Assembly (NCBI GenBank): GCA_030141605.1
Contig: JAQGDQ010001721.1
Span: 1-28,017, forward strand
Direction of reading: 5' to 3'
Origin: Tubiluchus corallicola
Lineage: Eukaryota > Animalia > Priapulida
DNA: 28,017 bases
This document shows positions 21,774 through 28,017 of the stretch, in pieces. The position numbers were made by a program, and so were the translations under genes. A model generated the notes under the pieces. That model ran no database searches. It had not been told where the DNA came from and worked only from the letters and a program-made list of their open reading frames with translations. Position 1 is the stretch's first letter; each line of letters begins with the position of its first letter.

Positions 21774-22425
21774 TATAATACTCGCTATAATGATTACCAA
21801 CTCAGTTTCTGCAGAACCAATATAGCAAAACATTTCATTAGCCATAGAGGACCTAAACTTTGGAACTCGCTACCGCCCAATGTAAAGTACCAGTGTAACA
21901 TGTACCGCTTTAAAACGTCAGTTAAACGATATCTGTTTGCTTCTTATATAAACTAGTCTTGATAACCACCTACTGTTCCTGTGTGACACAACAGTGGACC
22001 TAAACTTTGGAACACACTACCACCCAATGTAAAGTACCTGTGTAACATTAACCGCTTTGAAACGTCAGTTAAACGATATCTGTTTGCTTCTTATATAAAC
22101 TAGTCTTGATAACCACCTACTGTTAATGTGTGACACAACAGTCACAACTTTGTGTTCTTTCTGAGTAGAATCCAGAGTGCTTCGTCATCTCATGAGCCGA
22201 ATCTCCACAAGCCACTCTTCCTACCCTTTTGAACATTCTTTTATCCATCACTTCTCTCCTTACTTTGCACAACTCTTTTTTAAATTGCCTAAAAACCTTC
22301 GGTTTTTTTTTGTTCTTGTTTTTTCTCATTATTTGGGCGTGTTTATAATGGTGCCAGCAGCTAACAAGTTTTACTTCTGGTTCTTGCCATTTATTATATG
22401 CATGCTTATCAAAAATTTATGAAAA
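21774..22425 (+). mobile_element. LINE (L2/CR1-group) 3' fragment with an internal ~147-bp tandem duplication (21849-22142); part of its 3' UTR also copied at 21666-21752
   Basis: Translation YNTRYNDYQLSFCRTNIAKHFISHRGPKLWNSLPPNVK is typical of an ORF2 C-terminus; duplicated blocks read directly. Confidence 0.75.
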
Positions 22426-22622
22426 TTATTGGGCATGTATTAGTTTCTGGCACTCACAGTCAAAATCTAATTAAATGTATTTCAGAATCTAATTGAAGAT
22501 ACTGTTAATTAATGGCCAATTTGAAGAACTGATAGCATAAGTATCTCTCTAGAGTGACATGCATGTGGTGCAGTTAGCATGTGGGCTAAAATGATGAGAG
22601 TTCAGGCCGTCTGTTTCTTGGT

Positions 22623-22694
22623 GAACCAATAGCTCAAATGGCGTGACATGGGAATTTTAATCCCAAGGTCTTGGGTTCAAGTCTGATTGGTGCA
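22623..22694 (+). pseudogene. tRNA-Lys(UUU)-like pseudogene or SINE head
   Basis: A box TAGCTCAAATGG, anticodon arm TGGGA-ATTTTAA-TCCCA, B box GGTTCAAGTC, acceptor GAACCAA/TTGGTGC with one mismatch; D and T stems degraded. Confidence 0.65.
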
Positions 22695-22945
22695 CAATTT
22701 TTCAGCGCCTCCTTTCTTTAACTCATTAGCTGCTAGGTTAATGGTTGTTGTGATACAAGCTGAGTGGTTTTCTCAATTTGGGACATTCCCGATAATAATC
22801 TTTTATTGATTTTTTGGTTTTACTGAAAGCCATGTCCACAAATTTTTGTATTGACTTTCCGCTGTCAGACATGAGTTCAAAAACCAAAAAAAATAAGGCT
22901 TTTCACATTTGGAAGTAGCGATTAAAGTCAAAGTAAACCCTCACT

Positions 22946-23299
22946 CGGTCAAGTGACCCAATGACCATGTGTAGAGGAGTAAACCTTCCAAAGCAGGAGT
23001 GGAGCCCCGAAGGCGGACCAGTGCAGCATGCTCACTGACTCCGGCAGCTCCTGCAGTCAACCTGGTGCTAAACGTATCGCTCTGCTTTCCTTTGGACTAC
23101 ACCAGGGAGGAAGAGAGGGGGTTCCTGTTGTCTAAGCAACTCAGGATCTCCATATACCTTGCCCAGGCGTGCGCCTTGGAGACGTTCAAGGATCGCACTG
23201 CTCAGCCACAGTAGACGCTGCAGCTCCATCGATGTGATCAATAACTGACTCTCTTGGCGCACACTCGATGGTCTTCTGAGACAGAAGGATGCCAACAAA
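22946..23299 (+). mobile_element. Non-autonomous RTE-derived element (family R), copy 2, no 5S head
   Basis: Matches 15265-15597; candidate TSD AAACCCTCACT (22935-22945) / AAACACTCACT (23300-23310). Confidence 0.85.
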
Positions 23300-23798
23300 A
23301 AACACTCACTATACATTAAGCTTTCACAACTTAAAATCCTACTCTGATACCGAGTACTCAATTTATTTTTATTGTAAACTTACTGTAAAACTTTATTCTT
23401 TTGATTTTTTGTCACTTCATCGTTAGTGATATTAAATTTCAAAAGCCACCATTTTTCATTGCGTGAAACGAATGACGTTATGAGTACGTTCACGAGGTCA
23501 CCGAAGATCAGTAAACAAAGATGCTTTCTGTACCTCGTACGTCATTCTCACTTGCACGTGCCAAAGACGCAAAACACGGCGATTTTTACGGCAATGCGCA
23601 TGTTGAAAATTCGCCAGAAAAAGGTAAGCTATTTAGTTTGTAAGTATCATTTGTTTAGTAATAACTGTGACTTCTTTGCGTAATCATAACAGTACGTTTA
23701 AAAAACTTCTGTGTCTGTTGGGGGTTGTATTGGCCTTTAATAAAATTAATAGAATGTAGTTATGTAATCTAGAATGTAATATCTCGTCAACGTTACAG

Positions 23799-23912
23799 AA
23801 TCTCAGGGCACAAATGTACAGCATCGAAGAGGCAGATAGACTGAAGACGAAACGAATAGCCGGTCGCATCGTTCCCGCCATCGCGACGACTACGGCAGCC
23901 GTTGCCGGACTT
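23799..23912 (+). CDS. UBA6: UBA6 exon 12: [38 protein letters not shown]
   Basis: ttacag|AAT...CTT|gtaagt; 114 nt. Confidence 0.97.
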
Positions 23913-24021
23913 GTAAGTCGTTTTTGTCAGTTCTGCCAGTTAAGTTTAGTAGTTGCCAAACTAGCATTTGTGTGTTTTGTTCTTCCGTCTTGTGAGTGTT
24001 GGAAAGAATTTGAAGTGAATG

Positions 24022-24514
24022 CAGGGATGAGAATTTTCCACGGATACGCAGAATTCCGAGTTTTTGGAAGATCAGTAGTGCCATTTTTGTAAATTGCATA
24101 AATTCGTTGCGAAAATTTTTACGGACCCAGTACATTATTTCACAAGCTGACCGCTAGTTGGCAGGCCGTCACTTTGTTTACATCATGTACATCAGTGTAA
24201 CCACGTGTATATCTCTATGTATAAAAATATAGAATCAATTGTGCGGAGTTATTTGAGTCAATTGCAGACAGTTTTTATATACTTTTGCATAGGAGTGACC
24301 AGTACTTAGGCGTTTTTGAGACAATTAGGTATCATGTATCCTAGATAGTTGGGTATTTTAAATTATGCATGAAACAAGGTAAGTGATATTTTAAGTCCAC
24401 TTAGTGGCTCTCTATGGTCACAAAATTGCAATTTCAACCCCATTAGTAGCCTAGGTGGCCCCAAAACCCCCGGCCTGTTTCAGAGTTTTCTGCAATTTGT
24501 CATTCTCATCCCTG
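24022..24514. mobile_element. MITE family A, copy 2
   Basis: TIR CAGGGATGAGAAT / ATTCTCATCCCTG; collinear with 2059-2585. Confidence 0.88.
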
Positions 24515-25012
24515 CATTTGCAACTGGTGTTAATGCCATCATTATTAACATAGATATTAACGTTACTAACATTAATTGACTTCTATCGTTATTAACAACA
24601 GGCCTTATTGAAACTTAATGACCCATTCCAAAAAAACAATAGTAATGAAAAAAAGACAATGGAACAGTAGCAAAGAAATCAATGTGTACTAATGGTATTA
24701 ATTGCCTTCACTGTATTGACATCTAAGTATAATTATTTGTAGAAATGTTTACCAAAAAGAATATCCTGTTTCAATTTAGGTTAGTATTAATATAATAGTA
24801 AAAATGCTCAGGCCCAAAAATGACTATTGTAATTGCACTTTTTTCCGTCGTGTGCACCTGTGACATGTGTAGAGTTGTTGCTCTGTAACACCTCCATGTA
24901 TGATTTCAGACTCCTGATTCAAACTGTGACCTGTGACAGTCTTCTAAGATAAATCTGACAACAACAACAACAACAACAATAACATGACGATGAGTACTTG
25001 TTGTTTGTTTAG

Positions 25013-25140
25013 GTAACGATTGAACTAGTCAAAGTCCTGCAGCAGGCGTTGTTGGGTTCCTATCGCAATTGCTTTCTGAACCTGGCGTTACCCGTCGTGG
25101 TGTTCTCCGAGCCGGCGCCCTGCGAACGCATACCTGTGAA
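25013..25140 (+). CDS. UBA6: UBA6 exon 13: VTIELVKVLQQALLGSYRNCFLNLALPVVVFSEPAPCERIPV(N)
   Basis: gtttag|GTA...GAA|gtaagt; 128 nt; YxNxFLNLAxP motif. Confidence 0.96.
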
Positions 25141-25169
25141 GTAAGTACGCAGTATTAACAAAATAGTTG

Positions 25170-25640
25170 TATATATACATATATATGTATGTTTATTGAC
25201 TGATTAAGAGATAGTCGAACATGATACTTTAGTTCAGTCCATAGATCACTACAAAAAAGGACTTTTGATCATATAACATGATCATTACTGTCAAAAAATA
25301 ACTGAAGAATTATTTACAAATTCTCACTACACACTTATTATCGCCTAACATGATCATTACTGTCCAAAAACAGCTAAAGAATTATTTACAAATTCACAAT
25401 ATGACTTTGGGTTTCCATTGAAAAATTCATGCAGATCGTTGAAGTTAAGTTCAGTGTTATCTTCACGAAGGTGATTCATAAGTGGACAAAAACAGATAAC
25501 ATGCTCTTCTGTTTGAATGTTTAAGCCAGAACAGGAGCATAGCCTGTCCTCTCTTTTTATCATTGCCCATCTTCCAGTCTCAATAGCTAGGTTATGTGAG
25601 GAGAGGCGTAACCGAGATGTTTTAATCCTATAGAGCTCAT
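25170..25640 (-). mobile_element. Non-LTR retrotransposon (RTEX-like) 3' fragment with C-terminal CCHC motif
   Basis: ORF 25357..25662: SRLRLSSHNLAIETGRW..REDRLCSC..IQTEEHVICFCP; AATAAA and TA-rich tail downstream on the minus strand; small duplication at 25275/25347. Confidence 0.8.
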
Positions 25641-25659
25641 TTACTATGATGATGATGTA

Positions 25660-26021
25660 CACTCATATCTCGGTTTGCCGGATCTCGCTTTTACGGATAT
25701 CGGAAAAATCGGACAAAATCTGGACCGTTAAAAGTCCCGTATACTATCGACACCGTTCGTTGTTTCGCGAACTGACTGCTAGGTGGCGGGCCGTCACTTT
25801 GTTTACGTCATTACATCAGTGCAACCAAACAGCGTGTAATGACACGTGTATAACGTGTATGTCAGGTGCGGCTTGTACTAGATGTTTGTGAGACAATTAG
25901 GCCATTGATTCTACATTACCGTGGTGCCTACTGTATTAGCTCAGTATTGGGGAAATACGGACCATCGGCAAATTCGGACCGTCCTCTCCTCTCTTTTGTC
26001 CGGCAAACCGAGATGTGAGTG
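25660..26021. mobile_element. MITE family B, copy 2 (diverged)
   Basis: TA|CACTCATATCTCGGTTTGCCGGA ... TCCGGCAAACCGAGATGTGAGTG|TA. Confidence 0.88.
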
Positions 26022-26184
26022 TATGTTATTATTTAATTTAGTAGTAATGTAATGTGTAATTCATTAGTGTAATGTTGTTTAGTTCACTAATATAGTAATG
26101 CATAGTACATTAGTTCAGCATTGTGTAGGTCAGTTGTGTACTAATATGTATATAGTACATCGGTGCAACATTGTGTAGTTCTGT

Positions 26185-26296
26185 AATAATATTAATAATA
26201 ATAATAATAAATGATGATGATGATGATGATGATTATGATGATGATGATAATAATAATAATAATAACAACAACAATAATAATAATAATAATAATAAT
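26185..26296. repeat. Compound (AAT)/(GAT)/(AAC) microsatellite, the tail of the adjacent SINE
   Basis: Direct reading. Confidence 0.9.
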
Positions 26297-26543
26297 TTAA
26301 AGTCGGCTTTTGGCTCAACAATTAACATTAGCTCAAAGAGCTATTATCGCCGACTGTAAATAACAACCTACAACTGCATAACAGAGAGTATTATTACCCC
26401 ACTTTTACCCTAAATACCATGCGTCAGGCAGGACAACAGCATGTACCATTTTTAAAGTCTTTGGTATGACCCGGCTGCTGGTTCGAACTCACGACCTCCC
26501 AGACGGAAAGCATACACGCTACCACTAGCCTAAACCGTCTGGT
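26297..26543 (-). mobile_element. Near-complete tRNA-derived SINE with a conserved central domain (MetaSINE-like)
   Basis: Minus strand: A box AGGCTAGTGGTAG, B box GAGTTCGAACC, then GGGTCATACCAAAGACTTTAAAAATGGTACATGCTG.., L2-like end and (TTA)n tail; superfamily name from memory. Confidence 0.75.
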
Positions 26544-26742
26544 TTTGAACGTAATAACGTGGTCATATGTGACAATAAACTTTTACTACTACTGTAAATG
26601 CACTCATGATTTTCAATGTGTTCTAGTAATTGTCATTGAAAATATTGTTATCACATGTTATCGATTAGATGTAAATATCACAGGTGCCCTTTGCTTCGTC
26701 TTCTGGTTGTTTTAGAGGCTTAAAACGAGACTTAAAACCAAT

Positions 26743-27530
26743 TGTGTTTCACCCTCCTAAAATTTTTAACTTTTACTAAAACTTTCAAAAAGGACAAGAA
26801 AAGGGTACCGAAATTAGGTTTCAAAAAATCGCCTTAAAAAATGATGTTACTTATAGCAGTTTTATGCGTATATCGTACTCGCGTTGAAAAGATTTTTTGT
26901 TTGTTTTCATTTTTAATCTCCTGCAATACTGTTTCGGCCATATTTTTCTCTCCCCTGCAAAACGTTGTGCACCCAAAACCCTTTGAATTTTTCTGTCTAA
27001 TAGTTCAGCAATAGGCTAATGCCGTAGTTGTAATTTTAATGTCTAAATTTCGACAGAGACATGGTTTCCAAAAACTGTTGTTTGCAATTTTCACGAATAG
27101 CAACCAAAAATGGCGGAAAGAGCGTCGTGAGTTTTGTTAATACAAAGATTTATTTACTGTGTTAACAGAATTACGTTTTCTACTATTACTATAAGGCTAC
27201 AAACAGATATAAATTAAAAGAAATTTTTATTTTTTTGCGTTTTTATGTTTTTGTTTTCTGATGCAGTTCACGTGAACTTATGTCAGATGTGACTGCAGTA
27301 AAACCTTTTACAAGTTCTTGCCTAGTTTTTTTTGCATTTTTTGTGTGTTTCACCCTCTTAAAAATTTTAACTTTTACTAAAGTCTATCATAAAGGATAAG
27401 AAAAGGGGTACCTGAAGTAGGTTTCAAAACAAATCGCTTTAAAAAATGATGTTACCGTATACCAGTTTTATGTGTATATCTTACTCGCACTGAAAGCAAT
27501 TTTAGTTTGTATGTGCATTTTGCACGACTG
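26743..27530 (+). repeat. Two diverged copies (~26743-26915 and ~27344-27530) of a dispersed repeat also present inverted at ~14230-14345
   Basis: TGTGTTTCACCCTC..AACTTTTACTAAA..AGGTTTCAAAA..AAAAAATGATGTTAC..TATATC.TACTCGC in both copies. Confidence 0.75.
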
Positions 27531-27555
27531 TTTTACACTTGCGCGTTTTTTGCAG

Positions 27556-27643
27556 CGAAAAATTATCTATCACGCTGTGGGATCGGTGGGAGGTGTCCGG
27601 TGGCAAACAGTTCACGTTAAAGAACTTCATGGAGGAAGTGAAG
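27556..27643 (+). CDS. UBA6: UBA6 exon 14 (start of UFD): EKLSITLWDRWEVSGGKQFTLKNFMEEVK
   Basis: ttgcag|C...AAG|gtaagt; 88 nt; TxWDRW motif. Confidence 0.94.
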
Positions 27644-27696
27644 GTAAGTTTTCTGCTGATAGTGATAACATTTGCTTGAGCCACGGGGTGTGACTT

Positions 27697-28017
27697 AATG
27701 TAACATAACATAACGTAACGTAATGTAATGTAACGTAACATAACATAATATAACGTATCATAACATAACGTAATGTAACGTAACATAATGTAATGTAACG
27801 TGACATAACGTAATGTAATGTAATGTAACATAACATAAGATAAAATTTTTAAAGTGCCTGTACTTTGCTGATTTCAAAAACTTCCAGATGGTGAGAACTT
27901 TCTAACCGCATCACAACCTAACATAACATAACGTAACATAACATACCAACGTAATATAATGTAACGTAACATAACATAACATAACATAAGATAAAATTTT
28001 TAAAGTGCCTGTACTTT
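27697..28017. repeat. Pentanucleotide (ACATA/ACGTA/ATGTA)n tracts inside a higher-order ~150-bp repeat, running off the window
   Basis: ACATAAGATAAAATTTTTAAAGTGCCTGTACTTT occurs at ~27833 and ~27984, each after a pentamer tract. Confidence 0.85.

Larger units (their letters stand above)
1948..27643 (+). other. UBA6: Partial multi-exon gene, ubiquitin-like modifier-activating enzyme 6 (E1); 14 coding exons in window, 5' and 3' ends outside
   Basis: Manual splicing gives a continuous 1524-nt frame with consistent intron phases. Motifs: [88 protein letters not shown]6-type segments ([36 protein letters not shown]) differ from UBA1. Confidence 0.93.

Noticed and set aside
22623-22694. Functional tRNA-Lys gene
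   Set aside because: D and T stems do not pair properly and the acceptor stem has a mismatch.
26130-26359. Poly-N/D and poly-Y/H ORFs (also 16084-16359 and 27502-27836)
   Set aside because: Translations of microsatellites.
1948-27643. Calling the gene UBA1 or UBA7
   Set aside because: GCEMLKNFA, KSFP, ARDKFESSF, KFEKYFNHK, LHCFPLD, DGSLFWQSP and WDRW match UBA6 rather than UBA1 as I recall them; a phylogeny would settle it.

Overview
AT-rich eukaryotic (animal, probably invertebrate) genomic DNA. The window is the inside of one + strand gene. Fourteen GT-AG exons (1948-27643, 1524 nt, about 508 codons) splice in frame into the central and C-terminal part of the E1 enzyme UBA6: active adenylation domain, catalytic-Cys domain and the start of the UFD. 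Start and stop exons lie outside the window. The introns are full of repeats: hAT- and pogo/Tigger-type MITEs with TIRs and TSDs, a solo LTR, LINE 3' fragments, tRNA-derived SINEs, two kinds of internally deleted RTE-derived retroelements, minisatellites, local tandem duplications and one 465-N gap. I see no prokaryote-type system (no CRISPR, no operon). The best leads are: (i) a 5S rRNA head fused to an RTE-derived non-autonomous element, with its likely partner LINE in the same intron; (ii) a UBA1-like Gln at the UBA6 position linked to FAT10 specificity; (iii) a ~200-bp module shared by two unrelated MITE families; (iv) a triplicated splice donor; (v) a 212-nt G/T-only tract that is probably an artefact. 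Family names and human residue numbers are from memory, not from database searches.
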